Source: an uncultured Alphaproteobacteria bacterium (GTDB lineage Bacteria; Pseudomonadota; Alphaproteobacteria; Caulobacterales; Caulobacteraceae). From it: a stretch of DNA of 40,648 nucleotides. The notes under the pieces were generated by a model. That model saw only the letters and a program-made list of their open reading frames with translations. It made no database searches and was not told where the DNA came from. Within the stretch, counting starts at the first letter, position 1. The number at the start of each line of letters is the position of its first letter. The stretch is from assembly GCA_903912465.1 (NCBI GenBank), contig CAIWHQ010000057.1, positions 1-40,648 on the forward strand. The letters run 5' to 3'. Of the stretch, positions 19,542-28,959 are shown in pieces. A program made the translations under genes and the position numbers.

Positions 19542-21035
19542 TCAGCCCGCAGTGGCCAGCATGCGCCGGCGGTCGGTCGACGAGGGAATTCTCATGGATT
19601 CTCGATACTTGGCCACAGTGCGGCGGGCGATATCCACCCCCGAACCCTTGAGGATTTCGACGATCCGGTCGTCGGAGTGGACGTTGTCTCCGGGGCGTTC
19701 CGCGTCGATCAGCTGACGGATCCGGTGCCGGACGCTTTCCGCCGAGTGCGCCTCTCCATCGCCCGTCGATGAGATGGAGGCGGTGAAGAAGAACTTGAGC
19801 TCGAAGACGCCTCTGGGGGTGGAGACGAACTTGTTCGACGTCACCCGGCTCACCGTCGATTCGTGCATGCCGATGGCCTCTGCCACTGTCCGCAGGTTCA
19901 GGGGCCGAAGGTGGGAGACTCCAAAGGCGAGGAAGCCATCCTGCTGACGAACAATCTCGGAGGCGACCTTCAGTATGGTCCGCGCCCTCTGGTCCAGGCA
20001 CTTCAGGAGCCAGTTGGCCTGGGAGAAGCAGTCCGAGACAAAGACCTTCTCGGCGTCGGTCCGGGCACCGGCGGACACCCGGGCGAAATAGCGGCGGTCG
20101 ACCAGGAGCCGCGGCAGGGTGTCGCTGTTCAGCTCCACGTTCCACAGGCCACCAGGCCCCTCCCGGATGATGACGTCCGGTGTGACCGGAGCCGTCGGCT
20201 CGCCGCCAAATGCGGCCCCGGGCCTGGGTGTCAGTCCCCTGATCTCGGCGATCATTTCGCGCAGGTCTTCGTCATCGACGCCGCAGACACGCCGCAGAGC
20301 CGCCATGTCACGCCGGGCCAGAAGGTCCAGGTTGTCCACAAGGGCTGCCATGGCCGGATCAAGCCGGTCCCGCTCGATCAGCTGGAGCCGGAGGCATTCG
20401 GCGACATCCCGGGCGAAGATTCCCGTGGGCTCGAAGCCCTGCAGCACGCCCAGGACCGACTCGAGGAAGGGCACGTCACAACCCAGGCGCTCGGCAGTCT
20501 CGACAAGATCACACCTCAGGTACCCGCCCTCATCCACCGAGTCGATCAGGACCCCCGCCGCCGCAAAACGGGCACCGTCGAGGCCGCTGACGGAGAGCTG
20601 GGCGAACAGGTGGTCGCGCAGGGTCGCGGCCCCGGACAGACGCTGGGCGACATCACCGTCGGACTCAAAGCCACCTCCGCTGGTGCGGCTCCAGTCAATG
20701 GCCCCGCCCGCGTCCTCGCCAGCGGCCATGTCGCCGGTCGCCCTTTCCCCGGGGGAGGCCTCGGCCTCATGGCTGATGTCGAGCCGGGCTTCGGCACCCG
20801 ATTCGGGAATCCGATCGGCGGCGAAGGTCGCTTCCGCGCCCGGATCGAGCGCCACGACCTCAACATCGGAATCGCGGTCCTCGCGCGCCAGAAGGGGGTT
20901 CCGCTCGAGCTCGGCCTCGACAAAGGCATCGAGCTCGAGGCCGGACAGCTGCAGAAGCTTGATGGCCTGCTGCAGCTGGGGCGTGATGACCAGCCCCTGT
21001 CCCTGACGAACCTCTAAACGCGCGCCGAGCGCCAA
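19542..21035 (-). CDS. rpoN: RNA polymerase sigma-54 factor
   Basis: TPQLQQAIKLLQL, HESTVSRV, RpoN box ARRTVAKYRE; TTG start after AAGGAGG. Confidence 0.98.
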   Translation of the reverse strand: MALGARLEVRQGQGLVITPQLQQAIKLLQLSGLELDAFVEAELERNPLLAREDRDSDVEVVALDPGAEATFAADRIPESGAEARLDISHEAEASPGERATGDMAAGEDAGGAIDWSRTSGGGFESDGDVAQRLSGAATLRDHLFAQLSVSGLDGARFAAAGVLIDSVDEGGYLRCDLVETAERLGCDVPFLESVLGVLQGFEPTGIFARDVAECLRLQLIERDRLDPAMAALVDNLDLLARRDMAALRRVCGVDDEDLREMIAEIRGLTPRPGAAFGGEPTAPVTPDVIIREGPGGLWNVELNSDTLPRLLVDRRYFARVSAGARTDAEKVFVSDCFSQANWLLKCLDQRARTILKVASEIVRQQDGFLAFGVSHLRPLNLRTVAEAIGMHESTVSRVTSNKFVSTPRGVFELKFFFTASISSTGDGEAHSAESVRHRIRQLIDAERPGDNVHSDDRIVEILKGSGVDIARRTVAKYRESMRIPSSTDRRRMLATAG

Positions 21036-21104
21036 CTCCGCCTCCTTGGCCTGCTTCTTGCTTGCAGCTTAGGGAGGGAAGGCAACCGTTTGGTTAACGG
21101 GATC

Positions 21105-22079
21105 TCATTTTCCGGAAGATTCCTGCGGGGGAAGGGACTCGATGAAGGCGCGGACATCCGCCGCGGAGCGATCCGGGATTTGCTCCATCGGGACGTGGCC
21201 GGCCTCCGGATAGACAATGAGCTGAGCACCCGGGATGAGCCTGTTGAGCTCCTCGCCCACGCCGACCGGCACAACGGTGTCCTTCGCGCCGTGCATCACC
21301 AGGGTGGGAACGGAAACCCCCTTGACCGCGTCGGCCGAGGCTGAGGGCGGGCCGCGGCGGCCCGCCAGGATCATCTCCCGCCGGCCCGGCGCCAGGGCGA
21401 GATCGACATAGCGGTCCACGAGGGCGGGCGTGACGAGGCTCTCATCGACATAGGCCTTCCTGAGGCCCGGTTCGGCCAGGGGACGGGGGTCGAGGCTGCG
21501 CAGTGCGGCCCGCCCGACGGGATTGGCCATGACCCGGAAGATGGCCGGCGGCCCCTCCCCGGAGGGCGAACCGGCCTCCGTGCGGGGACGCGGTCCGACG
21601 GAGGCCACCAGGACGAGCCCCCGGAGACGGTCCGGATGCGCCAGGGCGTAGTTCCAGGACGCGCCGCCGCCCATGGAGTTCCCCCCCAGGACGAAGGGCG
21701 GGAGGCCAAGCTGGCGGGTCAGCTGGTCGATGACCTCGACCTGGCCCTGGGTCGACATCTCGTAGCCCGGAGGCGTGGCGGTCAGCCCGTGCGCGGGCAG
21801 GTCCAAGGTCACCACCCGGTAGGTGTCGCCCAGCCTGGCCACCCAGGGCTCCCAGGTGTCGAGGTTGGCGGCGAAGCCGTGGACCAGCACCACGGGCGGC
21901 CCGTCCGGCCGGCCCTGGTCGCGGTAGTGGACGCTGACCCCGTTTTGCAGGGTCACGAACCGAGAGGCGGGATTGGCGTACTTGGCCTTGAGGGTCTCGT
22001 AGGGGATGTCCCGCGCGCAGCCGGCCAGGGCGGTGGCCAGCAGGGCGGCCGCCAGGGCGACAAGGGATTTCAGGGGCAT
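21105..22079 (-). CDS. Alpha/beta-fold hydrolase, predicted lipoprotein
   Basis: Signal peptide ending LAG|C; VLVHGF, DLPAHG, nucleophile GNSMGG, HGAKDTVVP, catalytic His in EAGHVP; GGAG before ATG 22079. Confidence 0.88.
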   Translation of the reverse strand: MPLKSLVALAAALLATALAGCARDIPYETLKAKYANPASRFVTLQNGVSVHYRDQGRPDGPPVVLVHGFAANLDTWEPWVARLGDTYRVVTLDLPAHGLTATPPGYEMSTQGQVEVIDQLTRQLGLPPFVLGGNSMGGGASWNYALAHPDRLRGLVLVASVGPRPRTEAGSPSGEGPPAIFRVMANPVGRAALRSLDPRPLAEPGLRKAYVDESLVTPALVDRYVDLALAPGRREMILAGRRGPPSASADAVKGVSVPTLVMHGAKDTVVPVGVGEELNRLIPGAQLIVYPEAGHVPMEQIPDRSAADVRAFIESLPPQESSGK

Positions 22080-22092
22080 GCGAATCTCCATC

Positions 22093-23601
22093 TCAGTCCA
22101 GGCCCAGCCGCACGAACTGCGACTCCGGGGCCTCGATCGCCTTGAGGGCCTCGGCAAGGCGCCGGGCGGCCTGTGTCTCCAGCGGGCTTCCCGCCAGGTT
22201 TTCAATCTCGTCCGGATCCGCGACTCGGTCGAACAGATAGTTCCCCGAGGGCCGCGTTCGGGCCCAGAAGGGCAGGGCGTCGCCTGCGGCGTAAGGCTGG
22301 TGGATGACCGGGATCTCGGACCCCGGCATGCGGTCGAGGAAGGCGCGGTGGTCGGGCGGCGGAAGGGCGACGTGGCGGTCGATCAGGTGAGTCGGCATGG
22401 TGGACCACCGGTTGGACATCATCGACAGGGGCGCGTTCTGGCCGGCGGGGCCCCGGGCGTACTTCCACTCCCGGGTGACCAGGTGGACCTCGCGCCCCCA
22501 GACCCCGGTCAGCAGGTGATCCCGAACCGTGTCCACCTCGCCGCGCAGGACGGGGAGGAGGGACCGGCCATGGGTGCGCTGTCGGACCTTGACCCCGAAC
22601 AGGTCGGCCAGGGTGGCGAACAGGTCGACACTGGTCGTCAGGGCGTCGCAGGCGCCCGGGGCGATCCCCGGGTGGCGGATCATCAGGGGGATGTGACCGA
22701 GGGTATTGTAGACCGGCACGCCCGGCTTTCCCCAGATGTCCTTCTCGCCCAGGTAGTGCCCGTGGTCGGTGCACACCATGACCAGGGTGTCCTCGGCCAG
22801 TCCCTTGTCTTCGATGGCCTTGAAGACCCGCCCCAGCCAGTGGTCGATCATCGACAGCTTGGCACCATAGCTGGCCCGCAGGCGCCGGGCGCTGGCCTCG
22901 CTCAGAACGCCCTTCGCGATCGCCCCCTGCATGTAGGGCGGCCAGATCATCGGCGGGCCCTCATAGTCGGGGTCGTACATCGAGGCCCAGGGCTCAGGGG
23001 TGTCGAAGGGCTCGTGCGGGTCGAATTCGTCGATGAACAGGAAGAACCGGTCGTGCCAGCCCGCGTTCTCCTCGATCCAGCGGGCAGCGGCGGACATGGT
23101 CCGCGGACCGGGGAAGTCCGGCTCCCCCCGGAACCAGCCCCGGCTGTCATGGTAGGGCATGTGATCCCGTCCGAAGATCGGCGCGCCCGCCCAGCTGGGA
23201 TCCGGCCGGGTCTTCCAGGCATCCCCCTCGTGCCCGCGCTCGTAGGCCCAGGCAGTGAAGTCGGCGTGGTAGTTCTCGCCGCCGGTCTCGAACAGGTGGG
23301 GGTGATCCGAGATGAGCTGCGAGACCACGCCGGCCTTGTGCAGCTCGTAGGTGATGGCGTCCTCCCAGATCTCCACCGACCCCCAGGCCCGCCAGAGGAA
23401 GTCCAGGGCACCGCAGAGGATGTCGTGGCGCGCCGGCATGCAGGGCAGGGAGCCCGTATGGTGGTTGTCGAACCGGACGGCGGTGCGCCCAAAGGCGTCG
23501 AGATTGGGGGTGGCGAACTCGGTCCCGCCATAGGCACCCAGCATGTGCCGGTTCAGGCTGTCCAGCAGGATGACGACCGCATTCCTCGGCGTGGCGACCA
23601 T
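22093..23601 (-). CDS. Cys-type (formylglycine-dependent) sulfatase family hydrolase
   Basis: VILLDSL, CMPAR (CxPxR), DPHEPF, TDHG..GK; no obvious signal peptide. Confidence 0.9.
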   Translation of the reverse strand: MVATPRNAVVILLDSLNRHMLGAYGGTEFATPNLDAFGRTAVRFDNHHTGSLPCMPARHDILCGALDFLWRAWGSVEIWEDAITYELHKAGVVSQLISDHPHLFETGGENYHADFTAWAYERGHEGDAWKTRPDPSWAGAPIFGRDHMPYHDSRGWFRGEPDFPGPRTMSAAARWIEENAGWHDRFFLFIDEFDPHEPFDTPEPWASMYDPDYEGPPMIWPPYMQGAIAKGVLSEASARRLRASYGAKLSMIDHWLGRVFKAIEDKGLAEDTLVMVCTDHGHYLGEKDIWGKPGVPVYNTLGHIPLMIRHPGIAPGACDALTTSVDLFATLADLFGVKVRQRTHGRSLLPVLRGEVDTVRDHLLTGVWGREVHLVTREWKYARGPAGQNAPLSMMSNRWSTMPTHLIDRHVALPPPDHRAFLDRMPGSEIPVIHQPYAAGDALPFWARTRPSGNYLFDRVADPDEIENLAGSPLETQAARRLAEALKAIEAPESQFVRLGLD

Positions 23602-23650
23602 GCCCCTCCCCCTCCCGCAGACCGACGACGGGGCGAAGGCCCCGGCGGCG

Positions 23651-24385
23651 TCAGGCGAACTGTTCCCCGAGGTAGACGCGCCGGACCTCGGGATTGTCGA
23701 CGATCTCGGCGGGCGTGCCCTCCAGCAGGAGCTCCCCGGCGTGGATGATGGCCGCCCGGTCGATGATGTCCAGCGTCTCGCGGACGTTGTGGTCGGTGAT
23801 CATGATGCCGATCCCCCGGGCCTTCAGGTAGCCGATCACCTCGCGGATATCGGCGATGGCCAGGGGGTCGATCCCGGCGAAGGGCTCATCCAGCAGCATG
23901 TAGGCCGGCTCGGAGGCCAGGGCGCGGGCGATTTCGACGCGCCGCCGCTCTCCACCGGACAGGGAGATGGCGGGAGACTTGCGCAGGTGATCGATCCGGA
24001 GCTCGCCGAGAAGACCGGCGACGGTCTCCCGGGCCTTGCGCGAGTCGGGCTCGCGCAGCTCCACGATCGACATGACGTTCTCCTCGACCGTCATGCCCCG
24101 GAAGATGGACGGCTCCTGAGGCAGGTACCCCAGGCCCATGCGCGCGCGCTGGTACATGGGCTGGCCGGTGATGTTCTCCCCGTCCAGCCAGATCGCGCCT
24201 TCGTCGGCGGCGATCAGCCCGGTGATCATGTAGAAGCAGGTGGTCTTGCCGGCTCCGTTCGGACCCAGCAGCCCCTTCACCTCACCCCGGCCGAGGCGCA
24301 GGGAGACGCCCTTGACCACGGCGCGGCCGCGGTAGGTCTTGCCGATCCGGTCGACGACCAGACCTTCCTGGACAGGAGCCTCCAT
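23651..24385 (-). CDS. lptB: LPS export ABC transporter ATP-binding protein
   Basis: GPNGAGKTTCFY, GYLPQE, LSGGERRRVEIARAL, LLDEPFAGIDP, ITDHNVRETL, YLGEQF. Confidence 0.96.
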   Translation of the reverse strand: MEAPVQEGLVVDRIGKTYRGRAVVKGVSLRLGRGEVKGLLGPNGAGKTTCFYMITGLIAADEGAIWLDGENITGQPMYQRARMGLGYLPQEPSIFRGMTVEENVMSIVELREPDSRKARETVAGLLGELRIDHLRKSPAISLSGGERRRVEIARALASEPAYMLLDEPFAGIDPLAIADIREVIGYLKARGIGIMITDHNVRETLDIIDRAAIIHAGELLLEGTPAEIVDNPEVRRVYLGEQFA

Positions 24386-24394
24386 GTCGCGACC

Positions 24395-24946
24395 CTACTT
24401 CGGCGCGTCGGGCGAGGCACCCGGATAGATGACGGTGCGAACCCGGCGGCCGGAGCGCTCCCCGCCCCCCTCCATGCGCGCGTCCCCGCTGACCGTGTTC
24501 ACCACCAGGCGCTCTCCCTTCATGACGTCCTGCCCGCGGGAGGCGGCGACCGAGCCAATGACGGTGAGCGTCTCGGTCTTGGCGTCATAGACGGCCTTGT
24601 CGCCGCGAACCCTCTGCTCGGGGGTCACGTAGAAGACCGATCCCGTCGCCTCCATCCGCAAAAGATCGCTGCTACAGCCGTTCTTGCCGCCGCCCGGGGG
24701 GGCCGGGGCGTAGATGATCTTGAGTTCGTTGGCCCGGAGACGGCTGGTCTCCTGCAGGGCCTCGGCCCCGCCGCTATAGACGGCGGAACACTGGCTGTTC
24801 ACCAGTTCCAGCTGGTCGGCGGTGATGTCGACGGGGGCCTTGGAATTGCGGGCCAGCTGGGCCTGGGCAACAGGTGCCGCGGCAAGGCCGAGGCCCAGGG
24901 CGAAGATCGCCGCCGCCGTCCGGACGCTGTGCTGATGGCTCGTCAT
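24395..24946 (-). CDS. lptA: LptA/OstA family periplasmic LPS transport protein
   Basis: Signal peptide, PVDITADQLE, C-terminal GRRVRTVIYP; upstream of lptB. Confidence 0.88.
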   Translation of the reverse strand: MTSHQHSVRTAAAIFALGLGLAAAPVAQAQLARNSKAPVDITADQLELVNSQCSAVYSGGAEALQETSRLRANELKIIYAPAPPGGGKNGCSSDLLRMEATGSVFYVTPEQRVRGDKAVYDAKTETLTVIGSVAASRGQDVMKGERLVVNTVSGDARMEGGGERSGRRVRTVIYPGASPDAPK

Positions 24947-24961
24947 CGCTTGTTCCCGCGC

Positions 24962-25588
24962 TTAGGGCCCTGACCTCGGCTCCAGGCGGGTGGAGACCCC
25001 GCCGCCGAACACCAGACGGTCGCCCTTGTCGTATACGCCATAGGACTTCGCATTGATTTCGCCAAGCGAACCCACGCCCTGGATGGCACCGTCGCCCACG
25101 AGTTCGCCCAGCGCTGTGTCGAAGGTCGAGGCCCCGGTCAGGAAGCTGACATCGCCGCCGTTCAGCCGAACGTCGCCGTTCAACTTCAGGAGATGCCTGG
25201 ATTCATTGTAGTCCCCCGTCTTCGAAGAGACCCGGATCGGCTCCGCCGGGTCCCGGCGGAGCACCAGCACCGGCTGGTCGAGCAGGACCCGATCATAATC
25301 CTTGGGATCGCGGGTGGCGGTGCGGGCCGTGAGGGTGAAGGCGCGGCCCCTGCGGTCCTGGCCGACGAAGCGCGGATTGACGAGCTGGATCGACGCCCCC
25401 GCCTCTACCGGCCGGGCGCGGGGGGCGGCGAATACGGCGCGGACGAGATAGCCGGCGAGGACCAGGAAGATCAGCCCGACCAGGGCCGGGAGGAGCCGTC
25501 TCAGGCCCTGGACGCGGCGGGAGCGCCGTCTCAAGGCCACAGCCTCGCGGCTCCGGCGGCCAGATGCGGGAAGGGCCGCTTCGCTCAT
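24962..25588 (-). CDS. lptC: LPS export ABC transporter periplasmic protein LptC
   Basis: Basic N-terminus, one TM helix, NPRFVGQD..FTLTARTA beta-jellyroll; upstream of lptA. Confidence 0.85.
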   Translation of the reverse strand: MSEAALPASGRRSREAVALRRRSRRVQGLRRLLPALVGLIFLVLAGYLVRAVFAAPRARPVEAGASIQLVNPRFVGQDRRGRAFTLTARTATRDPKDYDRVLLDQPVLVLRRDPAEPIRVSSKTGDYNESRHLLKLNGDVRLNGGDVSFLTGASTFDTALGELVGDGAIQGVGSLGEINAKSYGVYDKGDRLVFGGGVSTRLEPRSGP

Positions 25589-25609
25589 GGCCTGACGCCG
25601 GCGGCGGGC

Positions 25610-26227
25610 TCAGGCATGGGCGAAGATATCCATGTCCTCCCACCCCTCAACGTCCAGAAGGGCGCGATGGGGGAGGAATCGGAAGCAGGCCTCGGCAAGC
25701 TCGGCCCGTCCCTCCCGGCGAAGCATGTCATCCAGGCGCTCACGCAGGCGGTGAAGGTGCAGGACGTCCGACGCCGCATAGGCGATCTGTTCCGGGGTCA
25801 GGGTGATCGCGCCCCAGTCCGAGCTCTGCTGGACCTTGGACATATCGACGCCCAGCAGCTCCCGGGACAGGTCCTTAAGCCCATGCCTGTCGGTATAGGT
25901 CCGGGCCAGCTTGGAGGCGATCTTGGTGCAATAGACCGGTGCCGCCAGGACCCCCAGGTGGAGGTGGAACATGGCGATGTCGAACCGCCCGAAATGCAGG
26001 ATCTTGGTGACCGCAGGATCGGCCAGAAGGGCCTTCAGGTTCGGCGCCGCATAGTCGGCCCGGGACAGCTGGACCAGGTGCGCATCGCCATCGCCGGCCG
26101 ACAGCTGGACCACGCAGAGCGGGTCGCGGCCGAGCCTCAGTCCCATGGTCTCGGAGTCGACGGCCACGGAGGTGACGCCGCCGAAGAGTCCGTCCGGAAG
26201 GTCGCCTTGATGAAGATAGTTCGCCAC
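25610..26227 (-). CDS. rnd: Ribonuclease D-like 3'-5' exonuclease (short alphaproteobacterial type)
   Basis: VAVDSETMGL, HFGRFD, CTKIASKL, QSSDW, YAASDV (DEDDy). Confidence 0.92.
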   Translation of the reverse strand: MANYLHQGDLPDGLFGGVTSVAVDSETMGLRLGRDPLCVVQLSAGDGDAHLVQLSRADYAAPNLKALLADPAVTKILHFGRFDIAMFHLHLGVLAAPVYCTKIASKLARTYTDRHGLKDLSRELLGVDMSKVQQSSDWGAITLTPEQIAYAASDVLHLHRLRERLDDMLRREGRAELAEACFRFLPHRALLDVEGWEDMDIFAHA

Positions 26228-26276
26228 GGTCCGCCGTCTCCGCCGGTTGAATGTGAAGCGTCCCCAGGGGGGACGG

Positions 26277-26363
<87 letters not shown>

Positions 26364-26514
26364 CCGATCCGTCGGACCGTGCGAGGGCGCTTCCTTAGGG
26401 CCAAGTCCGGGTCCGGTCAACGTCCATGCGCGGGACAGGGCGAGCGCCGATTGCAGGGCGGACGGGCATCGTCTATCCCCATCCCCTGAACTTGAGCCTT
26501 GGAGCCTTGGAGTC

Positions 26515-27489
26515 ATGCCAGACCTCGTCACCGTGTTCGGGGGTTCCGGGTTCATCGGGACGCAGATCGTCCGGGCCCTGGCCCGCCGGGGCGCCCGGGT
26601 CCGGGTGGCCGTGCGCCAGCCGCATCTGGCCCACGCCATGCGGCTGATGGGTGACGTCGGCCAGGTGGAAGTCGTCCAGGCCAATATCCGCAATGCGGAC
26701 TCCGTCGCCCGCGCCGTCGAGGGCGCCGATGCCGTGATCAACCTGGTGGGGCTTCTCTACGAGACCGGGCGCCAGACCTTCCGGTCGGTCCACGTGGAGG
26801 CGGCTGCGGTCATCGCCCGGGCCGCAGCGGCGGCCGGCGCGCGGCTGACCCACATGTCCGCCCTCGGTGCCGACGTCGACTCGCCCGCCCGGTACGCCCG
26901 CACCAAGGCGGAGGGCGAGGCCGAAGTCCGCGCCATCCTGCCCACGGCGGTCATCCTGCGGCCCTCCATCGTGTTCGGTCCGGGGGACGACTTCTTCAAC
27001 AAGTTCGCCGAAATGGCGGTCATCAGCCCCGCCCTGCCCCTGATCGGTGGTGGGCGCACCCGCTTCCAGCCCGTCTATGTGGGCGACGTCGCCAGCGCCG
27101 CGGCGGAAGTGACCCTGGACCCGCGCCACGCCGGGCGGACCTTCGAGCTGGGGGGCCCCGGCGTCTTCACCTTCCGCGAGATCCTCGACCTGATCCAGAA
27201 GGAGACCGGGCGTAGGCGGCTCTATGCGCCCCTGCCCTTCCCCCTGGCCGGGCTGGTCGGGACCCTCTGCTGGCCCTTCACCCTGACGCCGGTCGCCCCG
27301 CCCCTGACCGCCGACCAGGTCCGCCTGCTCCGGTCCGACAACGTCGTGTCCGGCGAGGCCCCGGGCCTGTCGGACCTCGGCATCGTCCCCGAGACGGTCG
27401 AGGCCGTGCTGCCGACCTATCTCTACCGGTTCCGCAAGGGCGGGCAGTTCGCTGCGGACACCGCCACCGGCGTAGGCCGGCCGGCCTGA
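26515..27489 (+). CDS. Complex I NDUFA9 subunit-family NAD(P)-binding protein (atypical SDR)
   Basis: VTVFGGSGFIG, GDVGQV, YARTK, RPSIVFGPGD, FQPVYVGDVA, RFRKGGQF. Confidence 0.9.
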   Translation: MPDLVTVFGGSGFIGTQIVRALARRGARVRVAVRQPHLAHAMRLMGDVGQVEVVQANIRNADSVARAVEGADAVINLVGLLYETGRQTFRSVHVEAAAVIARAAAAAGARLTHMSALGADVDSPARYARTKAEGEAEVRAILPTAVILRPSIVFGPGDDFFNKFAEMAVISPALPLIGGGRTRFQPVYVGDVASAAAEVTLDPRHAGRTFELGGPGVFTFREILDLIQKETGRRRLYAPLPFPLAGLVGTLCWPFTLTPVAPPLTADQVRLLRSDNVVSGEAPGLSDLGIVPETVEAVLPTYLYRFRKGGQFAADTATGVGRPA

Positions 27490-27492
27490 CCG

Positions 27493-28293
27493 TCAGGTCT
27501 GGGACAGAAGGACCAGTCCCGCCACACCGGCCAGGATGCGCCACCAGCCGAACGGCGCGAAACCCCGGCGGCTGACAAAGTCGAGCATCACTTTCGCGAC
27601 GGCATAGCCGACCACCAGGCTTACCGTGAAGCCGAGGACCAGAAGGCCCAGGCGGTCGCCGTACAGGGATTGGCGGTTCGACCAGAAGTCCAGGACGAAG
27701 GCGCCGGCCATGGTCGGCATGGCCAGGAAGAAGGAGAACTCGGCGGCGGCCCGCTTCTCCACGCCCAGCAGCATGGCCCCGACGATGGTTCCTCCCGAGC
27801 GGGAGACGCCGGGGATTATGGCCAGGGTCTGGAAGAGACCGACCAGCAGGGAGGTCTTCAGGCTCAGCGCCATGGCGTCGGTCTCCCGGGGGGCGGGCGC
27901 CCGGCGGTCGATGACGAGAAGGACCAGGCCTCCGAGGATCAGGGACACGCAGATCAGCCTCGGGCTCAGGAAGAGCACGTCCTTGATGACGTCATGCAGC
28001 AGGGCACCGACCAGGGCGCCCGGCAGGAAGGCCACGAGGACCGAAAGGACGAAGTGGCGTGAGCGCTGGGAGGTCGGCAGGGTAGTCAGGACCGCCCAGA
28101 GGCGCCGGAAGTAGAGGGCGACGACGCCCAGTATGGCGCCCAGCTGGATCAGGACGATGAAGGTGTCCCAGAAGCCCGGGGGCAGGCCCAGGGCGGTCTT
28201 TGCCAGCAGCAGGTGCCCGGTGGACGAGACCGGGATGAATTCCGTCAGCCCCTCGACCACGCCCAGGATGATGGCGGAAATCCAGTCAGGCAT
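27493..28293 (-). CDS. uppP: Undecaprenyl-diphosphate phosphatase
   Basis: GVVEGLTEFIPVSSTGHL, IQLGAIL, PGVSRSG, AAEFSFFLAMP. Confidence 0.96.
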   Translation of the reverse strand: MPDWISAIILGVVEGLTEFIPVSSTGHLLLAKTALGLPPGFWDTFIVLIQLGAILGVVALYFRRLWAVLTTLPTSQRSRHFVLSVLVAFLPGALVGALLHDVIKDVLFLSPRLICVSLILGGLVLLVIDRRAPAPRETDAMALSLKTSLLVGLFQTLAIIPGVSRSGGTIVGAMLLGVEKRAAAEFSFFLAMPTMAGAFVLDFWSNRQSLYGDRLGLLVLGFTVSLVVGYAVAKVMLDFVSRRGFAPFGWWRILAGVAGLVLLSQT

Positions 28294-28858
28294 GGGCGGC
28301 TCCTGAAGCGGTGTCCGCCCGGCGGTCGAGCGGATAACTGCGCTCGAGGCGATAGCGTGATCCGTCCGGGCCGCGCCAGCTTGAATAAAGGCCGAACCGG
28401 TCGACCCTCAGGCCGGGGACCCTGAGGGACTCGGCGAAGGTCAGCCAACGGGCCACAGCCTGCGGCGGAAGCTGGTTCAGGTAGGCCAGGGTGACGTGCG
28501 GGGTGTAGGCCCGGGCCTCCGCCGGCAGGCCCGCCCGACGCGTAGCGATCTCGCAGGCCTGCGCCAGCCGCGAGAGCGGCTCGGTGGGCGTCACACGGGC
28601 CCAGACGGCATGGATGTCCCGCCCCTCCCCGAAGGCGCCAGCACCGGCGAGATCCAGGAACAGGGGTGCCCCGCCGATCCGCCCGAGCTCGGAGTCCAGC
28701 TCGTCGGCCAGGTCCTCGCGCAGGTCACCGGCAAACTTCAGGGTGACATGCAGGGCCTCCCGGGGCCGCCAGGCTGCCCCGTCCAGGCCTTGCTGGAAGG
28801 GTTCGAGGGCATCGGCAGCCTCGTCGGGCAGGGCCAGGGCGGCGAACAGGCGGATCAT
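28286..28858 (-). CDS. thpR: RNA 2',3'-cyclic phosphodiesterase (2H family)
   Basis: MIRLFAAL, two HxT motifs (HVTLKF, PHVTLAY); 8-nt overlap with uppP. Confidence 0.9.
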   Translation of the reverse strand: MIRLFAALALPDEAADALEPFQQGLDGAAWRPREALHVTLKFAGDLREDLADELDSELGRIGGAPLFLDLAGAGAFGEGRDIHAVWARVTPTEPLSRLAQACEIATRRAGLPAEARAYTPHVTLAYLNQLPPQAVARWLTFAESLRVPGLRVDRFGLYSSWRGPDGSRYRLERSYPLDRRADTASGAAHA

Positions 28859-28959
28859 TTTCCCAAGCCTACCGTCGGTGCTGGCTTGCACAAGACGGTT
28901 AAGGTCACGATATTCATGCCTGCGCCCGATCCGGGCGTTTGGGAGAGGACCTTCCTTCG

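Noticed and set aside
22006-24973. Long plus-strand ORFs (580 aa and 476 aa)
   Set aside because: Antisense to the sulfatase and lptAB; no motifs
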